A stretch of DNA of 64,000 bases from a virus, in the IMG/VR virus record IMGVR_UViG_3300008952_003529, one strand, 5' to 3'. Shown here one piece after another: positions 9,696 to 20,000 of this stretch (positions within the stretch are counted from its first letter, which is position 1; each line of letters opens with the position of its first letter). The notes below the pieces were generated by a model. It searched no databases. It had not been told where the DNA came from and was given only the letters and a program-made list of their open reading frames with translations. Made by a program: the position numbers and the translations under genes.

Positions 9696-11270
9696 ATGGG
9701 ATATGATGCAACAACTGAGAGGCTTATTGCATTAAAGAAGCTTGCAGGAAAAGCGCAGACTTCTAACCTCAAGGGTCTATCAAATGAAGGGCTACCATCA
9801 GGCCTTACTGTGTCTTTTGAAACAGTATTCGGTGAAAGTATTACCACGGAGCCGTCCAATAGCTCACTTTATCAAATCACAGGACAAGTAGAATATCTTA
9901 GATTTCCTGCAACATTCATAGCAGGTACTGCGACGACAGCTGGTCGTCATGGTTTTGAATTAAAATTACCAGCAGACTATGAAGCGAATTCTTCAAATCC
10001 AAAAGCCGGAACGTATCCTTACATAGACGATCAGGTAATAAACATTACCTCGGGATCGCTACAAGTGATACCGCCGTCTTTTGCAACTGGCTATGAAGTA
10101 AAGCCATATTACGGAGGCACCACCGCGAAAGATTCCGGAACACAAATCCTTCTTTTAGATTCTAGAGATTGGTATCTAGATTATTTTAATGGTGTGTTTT
10201 TCCAACAGGACCCTCCCGGTACCGGTGATGATGAACAAAATCCAGACTACGTTGAGGGGTATCTTTACATTGGAGATTATCTCAACGATACATCTGGGGG
10301 TGGAACTATTACCGATGTTGTTGCTGGTACTGGATTAACCGGTGGAGGTGGCACGCCTACGGTAACACTAAATATTGATAATTCGGTCGTGGCTACGTTG
10401 ACAGGTTCGCAATTTACTGGTGATGTGGATGTAACTGGGTCTTTCTTGGTGAGGACCGGAGACTTTAGAGTGGAGTCAGTTGGTGAGGATCAAGCTTTAT
10501 TCTTAGACGCTTCTTCTAATCAATTTTATATTAATAAAGGGGCAACTTCATTTACGACTATCATTAAGAATACAAACAATGAGGTTTTTAGAGCTGGCGC
10601 AGGCGGCGCAATATTCAACGAGTATGGTAATAAGCATATTGATTTTAGAATTGAGTCGTGGGACAAGCCCTATGCATTCTACATTGAGTCACAAAAAAAT
10701 CAGATACTAATCCTTTCAGGTGGTGGAGGAACTTCACCGGATGAAATGACATATACTGACATGAATTTCTTTGTTTCGGGCTCTATTGGGTCTAGAAACA
10801 GCTCTACTAAGGGTACTTCTATTTTTGGTGGAGACGTACTTTCTTCTGGTTCCCTCACGGCCTTGAGTGGTTTATCGGGCTCCCTAACAAAGCTTTCAGA
10901 TGGCACTTCATACCTGAGGGCCGGCTCAAATGTAACAATTACGTCGGGATCTGGCGGATTTATTACTATTGCTTCATCGGGAGGCGGCGGAGGTGGCCTA
11001 ACTCGTGCTAAAGATAGCTATTTTCTTTCTTCCTCCGTACCAACACTTCAGGCAATACCAGTCGCATCATCAGATTTTTCCGATGCCAGTTATGATTCTA
11101 ACTTGATAGATGTTCTTTTGAACGGTCAGCTTATGCACTCTGGCAGCGCGCCAGAGGTAACAGCATCAGAAAGAGATTATTATGTAGCAGGACCATCCTC
11201 TCTTAAGTTTGCGTTTCAACTAGATATAAATGACATCATTGATGTTGTTGTTTATACGGTGGCAGAGTAA
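9696..11270 (+). CDS. Virion/fibre-associated protein (524 aa)
   Basis: Carries one copy of the fibre repeat (GLSGSLTKLSDGTSYLRAG), two FR(V/I)ES units, and a C-terminal LNGQL...DY...F.F.L...DII domain shared with 11587..12915. Confidence 0.6.
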   Translation: MGYDATTERLIALKKLAGKAQTSNLKGLSNEGLPSGLTVSFETVFGESITTEPSNSSLYQITGQVEYLRFPATFIAGTATTAGRHGFELKLPADYEANSSNPKAGTYPYIDDQVINITSGSLQVIPPSFATGYEVKPYYGGTTAKDSGTQILLLDSRDWYLDYFNGVFFQQDPPGTGDDEQNPDYVEGYLYIGDYLNDTSGGGTITDVVAGTGLTGGGGTPTVTLNIDNSVVATLTGSQFTGDVDVTGSFLVRTGDFRVESVGEDQALFLDASSNQFYINKGATSFTTIIKNTNNEVFRAGAGGAIFNEYGNKHIDFRIESWDKPYAFYIESQKNQILILSGGGGTSPDEMTYTDMNFFVSGSIGSRNSSTKGTSIFGGDVLSSGSLTALSGLSGSLTKLSDGTSYLRAGSNVTITSGSGGFITIASSGGGGGGLTRAKDSYFLSSSVPTLQAIPVASSDFSDASYDSNLIDVLLNGQLMHSGSAPEVTASERDYYVAGPSSLKFAFQLDINDIIDVVVYTVAE

Positions 11271-11271
11271 T

Positions 11272-11487
11272 ATGGCTGACAATACATTCAAAACAGCAGA
11301 CCTCGGACTCGCAGCATATTTGCTTACAAAAGGAGCAGAGTTGAAGTCCGCAACAAGAGAAAAAAATAGGTTTGCCTTTGTATTTTCTGAACGTACCGCA
11401 TGCCAGCGACTAGCGATTGAATATGTGAATAGCGAGTTTTCAAAATTCGATGCAAATCTTAAAAATTTAAAAAATCTTGTTAGTTAG
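11272..11487 (+). CDS. Small protein resembling DUF5659 (71 aa)
   Basis: ATG at 11272 lies one base after the upstream stop. The pattern F.T.DL.LAAYL...G..L.......F.F.F......L..EY.N....FD..LK.LK matches my recollection of DUF5659; not searched. Confidence 0.55.
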   Translation: MADNTFKTADLGLAAYLLTKGAELKSATREKNRFAFVFSERTACQRLAIEYVNSEFSKFDANLKNLKNLVS

Positions 11488-11502
11488 TTTAAGCTGACAT
11501 GT

Positions 11503-11510
11503 ATAGTTAA
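11503..11510 (+). promoter_or_regulatory. Candidate late promoter motif ATAGTTAA
   Basis: Intergenic, 84 nt before ATG 11587. Confidence 0.5.
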
Positions 11511-11586
11511 TTGCGAGTTTGTCCTGTTCGTCCATTTAGTTTCGTTATTTAGTTTGTAAGAACATATAACAACAAGGAAATTTATT

Positions 11587-12915
11587 ATGGCTATTACATC
11601 AAAATTGCGCCTATTACAACTGACAGGATCAGTTGCAAATGCCAGTTCAGTCTCCACCGCGGCTGAAGTGTCAGGAAAGCTCGTCGGCGCCGGGCAAAAT
11701 ATGCTGGATCCCTCAGCGAACTCAGGTAACTATCAACTCCCAGCTGGCGCCACCCTGGATGGATTGAATCTCGGCGCACTGGACAGGTCTAGCGACCTTT
11801 CTGGTGTAATGCAGCTCCTCGCTGATGGTCTTGGAAAGATCACTGGTAGAGCCGACTGGACAAACCAGACTCCTGGAACAATCGAATTCGGAGACATTGG
11901 AGCAGAGTCCCGCGGACAAAACACGTTTGATCTCCAGCTTCTACAGTCCGCCGCTGATAATAAGATTAAGGTCGACTCAGTGGGACAACTGCAGCTTGGA
12001 TCAGATAAGCTTTTCAGCGTTGCTAGTAACAAGACTGGCGGTACCGCGCTGAAGATTCAGACTGGTGGCGACGGTCGAGGTCCTGGTACACACGGAGCCG
12101 GAGTGACCGCCGGTGGTATCGACGTCCTCAGTCAGATGTCACTCCTCTTGAGTTCATCGAACTCTAGTGTCACGCTGAAGTCTAAGGCTGACGGCCCAGG
12201 CGCAGTGATTCTGTCAGCATCTGGAGGTAGCTCTCCTTCGGTTCGAGTCCAATCGAACCGATTCGAGTGGATGGCTACAGGTAATGCCGGTGATGGCGAC
12301 GTCAAGTCGGATTTCCGGATAGGCACTTGGGGAACATATCCCGCTGTCGGAATCGGTGGTATCAAAGACGACCAGAATGTGACGCTTTATGCTGGCGCGA
12401 AAGGTGGGCAACTATTCCTTTCCGGTTCAGAGGCTACTGCTCCGGTTGGATTTTCATGCGGAAACAACCAAGCCGATGGCACATACCCCAGCTCTGCTGG
12501 ACCAGGTGGACTTGCACTCTATAATAATATTTCAGAGGCATCCGGATATGTTACGGCAATGGGTCAGAGCACTTCACTCCTGAAGGCCATCGTGGATCTG
12601 AACGATAAGATTGCATCGAATGCAGAGCCCACTCTGTTCTCGAAGCTCATCTCGGCCGCCGGCGGAGTCGCTGCAAATGACGCCGTTACACTCAACAAGA
12701 TCACGGGTAACAATGATAACTTACAGGGTCATAAGCCGAACAACATCCAGGTGATGTTGAATGGGCAATTGCTTCTGTCGGCTTCTGGGACAACCGATGG
12801 TGTTGTTAACAATGATGGCGATTATGCGGTCAAGGAAACCGGTTCAACTGATGAAATCCGATTTGGGTTCGGGTTGCAAGCTGATGATATTATCCGACTG
12901 TACTACTTTGGGTAG
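11587..12915 (+). CDS. Virion/fibre-associated protein (442 aa)
   Basis: SD AAGGA upstream; Gly/Ser-rich; C-terminal domain paralogous to that of 9696..11270; followed by a terminator. Confidence 0.6.
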   Translation: MAITSKLRLLQLTGSVANASSVSTAAEVSGKLVGAGQNMLDPSANSGNYQLPAGATLDGLNLGALDRSSDLSGVMQLLADGLGKITGRADWTNQTPGTIEFGDIGAESRGQNTFDLQLLQSAADNKIKVDSVGQLQLGSDKLFSVASNKTGGTALKIQTGGDGRGPGTHGAGVTAGGIDVLSQMSLLLSSSNSSVTLKSKADGPGAVILSASGGSSPSVRVQSNRFEWMATGNAGDGDVKSDFRIGTWGTYPAVGIGGIKDDQNVTLYAGAKGGQLFLSGSEATAPVGFSCGNNQADGTYPSSAGPGGLALYNNISEASGYVTAMGQSTSLLKAIVDLNDKIASNAEPTLFSKLISAAGGVAANDAVTLNKITGNNDNLQGHKPNNIQVMLNGQLLLSASGTTDGVVNNDGDYAVKETGSTDEIRFGFGLQADDIIRLYYFG

Positions 12916-12940
12916 AGTCTAGATTTAAGGTTTATACCTG

Positions 12941-12972
12941 CGAGGGCCACAATGTGGCCCTCGTTTTTTTTT
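12941..12972 (+). terminator. Rho-independent terminator
   Basis: Perfect 10-bp stem CGAGGGCCAC / GTGGCCCTCG, 3-nt loop, then T9. Confidence 0.9.
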
Positions 12973-12997
12973 ATATTCATCACATTCCTTATATTAT
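12970..12997 (+). promoter_or_regulatory. Sigma70-like promoter TTTATA-N16-TATTAT
   Basis: -35-like hexamer starts in the terminator T-tract; 16-nt spacer; upstream of SD GAGGAG and ATG 13029. Confidence 0.45.
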
Positions 12998-13028
12998 GTG
13001 TATATGTGTAGTGAGGAGCTAACTTATT

Positions 13029-13577
13029 ATGAAAACATTCACTGATGATATAGAGAAAACCATCTCCGCGATCAAGGAGCAGATTCAAGAGGAAAATTCA
13101 AAAATTCTAACCCCTTCGTTTCATTCTAGTCGTCTTCAGAAAGCGCTACAAACGTCTGTTGGTGGAATATCCAAAGATGCCGACCCGAAAGAAGTAATTC
13201 AGCAACTTTTGAATATTATTAATCAGGTACCATCATTCGCAGGTGCCACCATCTCTGAAACCCTGACAAGAATTTCGACACGCCAGACAGAATTACAGGT
13301 GTGGGTAAACGTTCGCGCGCAATACGAAGATTATCTTGCGAAGAGAGAAGAAGAACAAAGACAAGCAGCTCAGATAGCAGCAGAGCAAGCACAGCAAGCT
13401 ATCGACCAGGAGCTTTCGCTAGCTGCAAGAGCCGAACGAGTACTAGATGATGTTGCGAGCGGGAAAGTTAAAGAACGTGAGGTGGGCGAACGCCCACGAG
13501 ACCTTGGCACACATCCAGGTCCAACAGTTAGAGAATTAAGAGCTGCAAAAGCTAAGCTCAAGCAATCTAGTAGCTAA
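13029..13577 (+). CDS. Hypothetical coiled-coil protein (182 aa)
   Basis: SD GAGGAG; helical, Glu/Gln/Ala-rich (EEEQRQAAQIAAEQAQQA); composition unlike the neighbouring virion proteins. Confidence 0.7.
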   Translation: MKTFTDDIEKTISAIKEQIQEENSKILTPSFHSSRLQKALQTSVGGISKDADPKEVIQQLLNIINQVPSFAGATISETLTRISTRQTELQVWVNVRAQYEDYLAKREEEQRQAAQIAAEQAQQAIDQELSLAARAERVLDDVASGKVKEREVGERPRDLGTHPGPTVRELRAAKAKLKQSSS

Positions 13578-13584
13578 TACTTAG
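13577..13584 (+). promoter_or_regulatory. Candidate late promoter motif ATACTTAG
   Basis: Overlaps the upstream TAA; the ATACTTA core ends 5 nt before ATG 13589; no SD. Confidence 0.45.
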
Positions 13585-13588
13585 ATGC

Positions 13589-14539
13589 ATGGCTGGTATA
13601 TTAGACCCAAAAACAAGATTTATGGATACGTTCCTAACGCAGGTTGGAAGAGACCAGCTTGCACATTGGGAACTTCGGTTTGCGTTTGCTACTTTTTCTG
13701 ATTACGCTACCTTTTATGAGCCAGATGGAGATGTCCCGACAAGGGCTACCGACCCGTTAAATAGAATATTTTTCGAGGCAGCCAATCGCCCTCAAGATCA
13801 AGTAATTCCAGAATTTGATAATGATGGTCAAATTTCGTTTCCAGCTGGAGATTTCGAATTAACAAATGGATCATTATTGGTTCTATCTGGAACTACTGGT
13901 GGCACGGAGTTTTTGTCTGGTGACGAGCTTGTTTCAAGTGCTAGTGTGGCATTTAAAGACTGCTTATTATCATTAAAAGACATGCAGCCATTAAGATCTT
14001 CTGAGCTTTTAAGCGAAAATAATGATTTTAAAGTCAGCGCTTATAAGCACTCGTTTGAAGTAACGACCCAGCTACCTCTTGCCACGTCAGCCCCGAAAAC
14101 AATTTCATTAGAAAATTGTGAAAGCTTATGGCAGGATAAGAAGTTAAGTCACATTCCCAATTATCAATTTTTGCCCCCAAAAAATAAAATTTCTGGTGAT
14201 GTAATAAGAGATTTTCCGAAATTGCAACAACCTACACCGACAAGCTATGATGATCTGATGTTTTCACTCCAGGGAACGAATCCAGACGATGGTGAGACAG
14301 GAGTAGGGGCGCCCTTAAAGTTGACGTTCCCACAAACTTCCAAAGAGAATAATTTAGTATGTCAAATTTTCGAGGTATGTAGCGGTAGTATAGACAAACT
14401 ACGTGTTATTGATTTTGGTGAATTTGAAGATGAAGATCCATTTAGTCCTGGAAAGCATGTATTTTTTGCTGGTAAGCTATTTACTGATTCAGACGGTGAT
14501 GAAACATTCGTGAATTTATTTACGCTGGTATTTGATTAA
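13589..14539 (+). CDS. Baseplate/fibre-attachment-type virion protein (316 aa), paralog of 22663..23370
   Basis: N-terminus MAGILD...DTFLTQVGRDQLA...FATFSD...FFEA parallels MGFLD...DAVLTDYGRQLLA...FALGDD...VFEA. Confidence 0.55.
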   Translation: MAGILDPKTRFMDTFLTQVGRDQLAHWELRFAFATFSDYATFYEPDGDVPTRATDPLNRIFFEAANRPQDQVIPEFDNDGQISFPAGDFELTNGSLLVLSGTTGGTEFLSGDELVSSASVAFKDCLLSLKDMQPLRSSELLSENNDFKVSAYKHSFEVTTQLPLATSAPKTISLENCESLWQDKKLSHIPNYQFLPPKNKISGDVIRDFPKLQQPTPTSYDDLMFSLQGTNPDDGETGVGAPLKLTFPQTSKENNLVCQIFEVCSGSIDKLRVIDFGEFEDEDPFSPGKHVFFAGKLFTDSDGDETFVNLFTLVFD

Positions 14540-14551
14540 GCAGGCACATTC

Positions 14552-17008
14552 ATGTTAATAAGACCCATAATAACAACACCTATTATTACGATTCCTGAGA
14601 AGTATGTCGAAATGATTGATGTGACAGGCGAAACCGGCTCTAGGGAGTTCACCTATAAATTTACGTTCAGTCTCAATGTAACACAAGCCCTAAACAAAAA
14701 TGCGCTATTTTTAGAAATTGATTTGTTATCAAAAAAACCGGATCCACCCCAAGCCAGACCTGCTGCGGTATTGCCCAAGTCATTTCGTGGTTCAACAAAG
14801 GTTCTGGAAAGAACGTCGCAGAGTCTTCTTGCAGCGTTGATGGCGTCTCGATTTGCTTTTTCACGATCTGATATTACAGATGTAATACCCAATAGTACCG
14901 CTTCATCGATCGCCTCAGGAAAGAAGGCATTCGTTGTACCCTTGGTGAGACCGACTATACCCGTATTGAATACATCTCTTTTTGCGTTACCTATGTCATC
15001 TAGTTTGCCTCGAAAAACGAACGTAAGCTTGTCGAAGGTTTCACATTCATTTATCTCTACGCAACGAGACCCTGCTCAGATGGTCAGTATTAAGAATTCT
15101 CCACCTGCATCTCTTTCTTTTCTCAAAAAGGCCGACGCGTTGCGCGCTCAAAAGGTGATGTTTAGACCACCCAAAAAAATAATCGCTCCGAAGCGATTTA
15201 CAGTATTTTCTACAAAGGCTTCGATCAGCAGGAAAATCGTATTATCAGAAGCCGTTTTAGGTAGCAAGTCAAAATTTTATCTTCGCGTTAAACTTAAGTC
15301 TAATAAGGGTGTAACACTGTCTACGACGGCAGTTTGGTGCCCTCATGCAAAAATTTTAAATGATTTTTTAACTCCAACGATACCTCCAGAGCTTTTTGTG
15401 TCACAACCATCATCCGGAGAAATGTCTGTGGGAATTAGCCAGATAGACCCAAAGGCGACTAGAGTAAAACTATTCCGAAGAATCGCTCCTTCACCTTCGT
15501 CAAAAGGCTCTGAATGGAAGCTAATCTTAGACCAAGACCTCGAGGTAGGTGAGGGTGATACTAGATTTCGAGATCCAATTGCATCTCCAAATGCCATAAT
15601 GTATAGAGCATTGTGTCTTGGTACAAATTCTAGATCTGCAGAGAAATTTACTTCTCGGGTTATTACACCACGAAAAGAGATCCAGGTCAATTATCAAGGG
15701 AAGGGCTCAGCGACTGCTAGACTGGAATCAACTTCAATAGTTGTAAAAGTAACTGATTTTCCTGAAAATGCTGTCTCCGCAGGAGTCAGAAGGTATAATC
15801 TAACAACAAATTCATATTCGGAATTTCAAGCGCAAAAAGCTACTGGGTATATTCAGGTTGGCGCCACATTCGAAGCCCAGATTCAAGAAATAACGTCACA
15901 AGATGATACGCTAAGTTTTGTTGACACCCCGGTTTCTGGCTCCACACCGCTTCTTCCCGGATCAATTTATAAATACGTTCCTGTTACTTACACTTTATAT
16001 GGGAAAGAAGTCATTGGTAAGCCAGCGATTATCGATTTTGTATCTTCTGAAAGTGATAATGCAAAAGTGGCTTTAACTGTTGGTGCTGGTAGATTAGCAT
16101 CCTCAAAAACTGGCCAGTCTGTTTCTTTTACTCTCGCTGGAGCTTTTACAGAGTTTGGGTTTGAGGAAGTCGAAGCGGTTTTAAGTAACGCAAATCAAGC
16201 CGCCTTGTTTACTGGTGATATTTCTTCAAATCGAAGCAAATTTTCTTCTTTAATAACATTCTTAGTTGAGAGACAGAACATCAAAACGGGTGAAGTTGAG
16301 TCATTTGGTGTACAAGAATCGGGTCCATTTACCGATAATCAAGAATCTCAGCAAGCAAAGAATATTAAGCCTCTTGAGTCTGGTACACGTTACGCGTACA
16401 CAGTGACAGCTTGTATACGCCCTGCTGAAACATTGTTTCCCACCATCGCTGCACCAGAAGCGAATGCTACTACTCTAATGGCATTTACTAGATCTATACA
16501 AAAGTTTCGTGGTCCAATGCAACTACGCAAATCCACGTTGGCTTCCACGGCTCGTCAAACCGATTCATCGGCACCGAGTGCATTAGAGCCCTCTAATCCG
16601 ATGCTGGCTGGCAAAACATCTATTCAAAGCACTGTTGAGATTGCTATCCCTGGAACAGTCTCTAAGGGCTCGGCGGCGTCAATAGAGAAACGCATGACTC
16701 ATACCTTAATAAAGTGGATATATGTCGGTGATGTGAAATCTATAGACCATTTTCAAGTATTTCTTGTTGCTGATGGTGGGTTTGAGTTACTGGGCACAGT
16801 CCATGCAGATTTTTCTTCCTCCAATTTTTCTTTTCGACATTTTCTAGCTGAAGACGTGATATATGAGAGCAAATATTTTTACGAAGTTAAGGCAATAGGC
16901 TTAAACTTTAAAGAGGGCCAAAAGATGCGAACTCAATCTGCGGTTCAACAATCGTTTGGCGGAATTTCACCCCAGCTGCTTCAGGGCGCGAAGGTTATAC
17001 AAAGATAA
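14552..17008 (+). CDS. Large hypothetical virion protein with Ig/FN3-like segments (818 aa)
   Basis: Beta-rich segments with FN3-like patterns (PTIPPELFV...VKLFRR; LIKWIY...IDHFQVFL...YFYEVKAI); TAATG coupling to the next gene. Confidence 0.5.
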   Translation: MLIRPIITTPIITIPEKYVEMIDVTGETGSREFTYKFTFSLNVTQALNKNALFLEIDLLSKKPDPPQARPAAVLPKSFRGSTKVLERTSQSLLAALMASRFAFSRSDITDVIPNSTASSIASGKKAFVVPLVRPTIPVLNTSLFALPMSSSLPRKTNVSLSKVSHSFISTQRDPAQMVSIKNSPPASLSFLKKADALRAQKVMFRPPKKIIAPKRFTVFSTKASISRKIVLSEAVLGSKSKFYLRVKLKSNKGVTLSTTAVWCPHAKILNDFLTPTIPPELFVSQPSSGEMSVGISQIDPKATRVKLFRRIAPSPSSKGSEWKLILDQDLEVGEGDTRFRDPIASPNAIMYRALCLGTNSRSAEKFTSRVITPRKEIQVNYQGKGSATARLESTSIVVKVTDFPENAVSAGVRRYNLTTNSYSEFQAQKATGYIQVGATFEAQIQEITSQDDTLSFVDTPVSGSTPLLPGSIYKYVPVTYTLYGKEVIGKPAIIDFVSSESDNAKVALTVGAGRLASSKTGQSVSFTLAGAFTEFGFEEVEAVLSNANQAALFTGDISSNRSKFSSLITFLVERQNIKTGEVESFGVQESGPFTDNQESQQAKNIKPLESGTRYAYTVTACIRPAETLFPTIAAPEANATTLMAFTRSIQKFRGPMQLRKSTLASTARQTDSSAPSALEPSNPMLAGKTSIQSTVEIAIPGTVSKGSAASIEKRMTHTLIKWIYVGDVKSIDHFQVFLVADGGFELLGTVHADFSSSNFSFRHFLAEDVIYESKYFYEVKAIGLNFKEGQKMRTQSAVQQSFGGISPQLLQGAKVIQR

Positions 17009-20000
17009 TGCCAAATTTGTTAAAAAATGCAGATCTATCTCCGTTGACGAACGTTGACGAGACAGCGCAGCCAAGCCTTGCGCAGCTCTTGCTTAGCGAA
17101 GAAGCGTATGAAGCTCTTGTTGTAAAGAGGGCCGCCGAGCAGGCGTCTGCAAAAACAACAAAGTCCTCCCGCTCTGCGCGGTTATCCCGGACCAGAAGCG
17201 CATCAACGTCAACCCGCGGACAGGTTTCAGCAGGAATGCAAAAGTCTGAACAGCTGCGAAAAGAAAAGAGTCAACAAGAAGAAGCAAAGAAAAGGCTCGA
17301 GCAGTGGCAACTTCAGGAAGGAGCAAAGCATGGGGGGTCGACTCAAGCACCGGCTTTAAATAAGAAAAAAGACACAAGCTCATCACTAACCGAAACAAAA
17401 GAAAATTCATTAATAATAAATGAAAAGTTGCGCCCTGTTGTTTTTGGGCTTTTAGACTTTATGCCAACAGTGGACTCAAGTGGTAATTCAACTGTCGCGG
17501 GAGATATAATGAGCTTTAATAGGGCGATTAAAGTCTTAAATGCTGAACATATGCCTGATGACGCAAAGCGCTCAAACGAAGAAGACTCGGTACTAACACT
17601 ACAATGGCTAGATGAATACACACAATATGTGAATATGGTTGAAGCTTTTTTAACATCTCTAGATGCCAATAATTTTACATTTTTAGACGACATGCTCAGT
17701 TTTTTAGCTATTCAAAAGGAAAGCTCAACAACGTGCTCGAATACTCAGCTTTTGATAACAATTTTAAGAGATTATGCAGTCGCTGTTGAAAATTGTTCCC
17801 CGCGTCTATTTGAGACAGAAGAAAGAGAAATCCCCACCGCTGGTCCAGTACTACCCCCTAAACTGTCGGGAATTGACGCCGTTAGAGCTGTACTGAAATC
17901 CAGTACCGCATTTGATTATCTAGGTGCTGTTTTGGGCGATGATCAAGAGCGTGCTTTGAAGGTTCTGCTATATCAAATCAGCTCGGAGCTTAAACTATCT
18001 TACAATACATCAAAATATGGCTCCTCAGGAACAGCTGCATCTCTTCTTCAGACTCCAGCGACAACAAGCACGATTATCCCATCTAAAGTGGCATCTATGA
18101 ACTCAATGGGCCTGAAGCAATTTTTACCTGGAGATGCTTCATACTCTTTTTTGTTTCCATTTGAGAGACGAGATATTTTGCCAGATGACTCTAATATTAA
18201 ATTTGATTCTGCTCCGGATCTTGTGAGCAGAGAAGAGAGCATCGGCAGCACCGCACCAACAACCACCTATACGAAGATATCTTCACAGGCTAAAACAGCA
18301 TTTTCACAAGTTGCTGCGTTACTAGATACCGACGATTTTTCCTCTGATTACGCGCCTTCTGTTGGTGCGTTTATACTCATTGCTCAAAATGTAACACTCC
18401 CACTTTTAGAGCTATTGGGAAAAAAGAGCCCTGCTAGAAGGGATATAATAGAGTTTATATTTCTTGCTCTGGCGGCCGATAATGAGGAAGTGTTAGCGCA
18501 ATTGCTATTATTTCTAGCGGCATTGAAAGAAGAGCTAGCCAGACCGTCAACAGAAAGCAGTTTAGGAACTGTTCAGCGAGCTAAGGTGGTCGGGTCATTA
18601 GTTGCGACGAAAGAAATTGCGTCAAATTCGAAATTTGATTTTCAACAGTCAAAACTAGACACCGCTATCGCTCCTTCACCAGTTCAAGCGACCACAACAG
18701 TTGTCTCCACAAAAGTGTCTTCATTCGCACCCCTTATGTCGATAGGCTCTGTAGGGCTTATGAGCCCGACACCAAAGTCTGGTGGAATGTCGCTGAAGAA
18801 GTCAACGACAACAACCGCTGTAACAAGCACACTTGCAAATGCCGGATCGTCATTGGTAAAAGCAGTCACTGCTAGCGCAATAGTACAAGAGACGGCAGCT
18901 AAGGCAGACGGCTTACGTGTGGCGGCGGTTGTCCAACTGGATCCTACCGTCACCCCTCCAACCACCACCACACAGACATATTCAACTGCATGGTCTGACA
19001 TCTGTTCTGCAACTGCAGCATTATTATTGGAGGCTATGACTGGCGTAAGATCTTCCGGAACGATGACAGGTGCTGTTATTCCACTCGGTTTGCGAGAGAT
19101 TACAGATCAGTTAAGATCAATCTCCACCTCAGCAGAAGACACTGACGTTTTCATTTCTCTTCTTACATTATTTGACGATTTTCTTGAGATGTTTGCTTCC
19201 TCAGAGGGTGATTGTATCAGTGGGTCTTCTACAGTGTATGGCGGAATTTCTCGAGGTAATATTGAGATAGCTTTTTTCATGTGTGTATGTAAAATCCAGT
19301 ATTTTATTAGCAAAAATGTGTATACTCTTTCAACAAATACTACTAATAGCGATTCAACTGATGTTAAGCTGGACACTACGAAGTTAGAAGATTTAGATGA
19401 TGCACTCATTGACGCGTTCAGTGGAGATATAGATTTGGACAGTTTAGCAGTAGCGTCTGATTCTTTGGGTCGTGTTTTAGAAAGCCTAATTGACGAAGAG
19501 GCAGATGTTGCAACTTTTCCTGCTACATTCTCGGAATTTTTAGACAAGATTGGAGCTACGTTTGTTGCGCTAAGAGATATTTTAGACACAGATGGTGATG
19601 AAACAGTGGAAGGGGTTCAGGCATTACGTACCCGGGTTGAGGGAGGATTGCCCATTTCAAGAGATTTAGCAATGGAGCTACGATCCTTCCAGAATAGGTA
19701 CAATTCAGATATAGGCTCGATCTCAGAGACTAAAACAAAAGACTGGCCTGTTGATGACGTGTCAGCATTATTTCTTTCAAATATGCTAACTGAAGCGACT
19801 TTTTCTTCTACTAAGAAAGTTATGGCTATCGCAATCCCCGCGGGGTTGTGCGAGGCAATATACAACGTACCTGTTTCTCTTGAAGACTTGTCAAGGTCTG
19901 CTGAGGAGCTGTCAAAAACAACATTTGAGGTTGAGATAGAGAAGCTTGATCTGACCAGACCAAACCTGAAATTCACACCAAGGGTTTATTCTTTCGCTAG

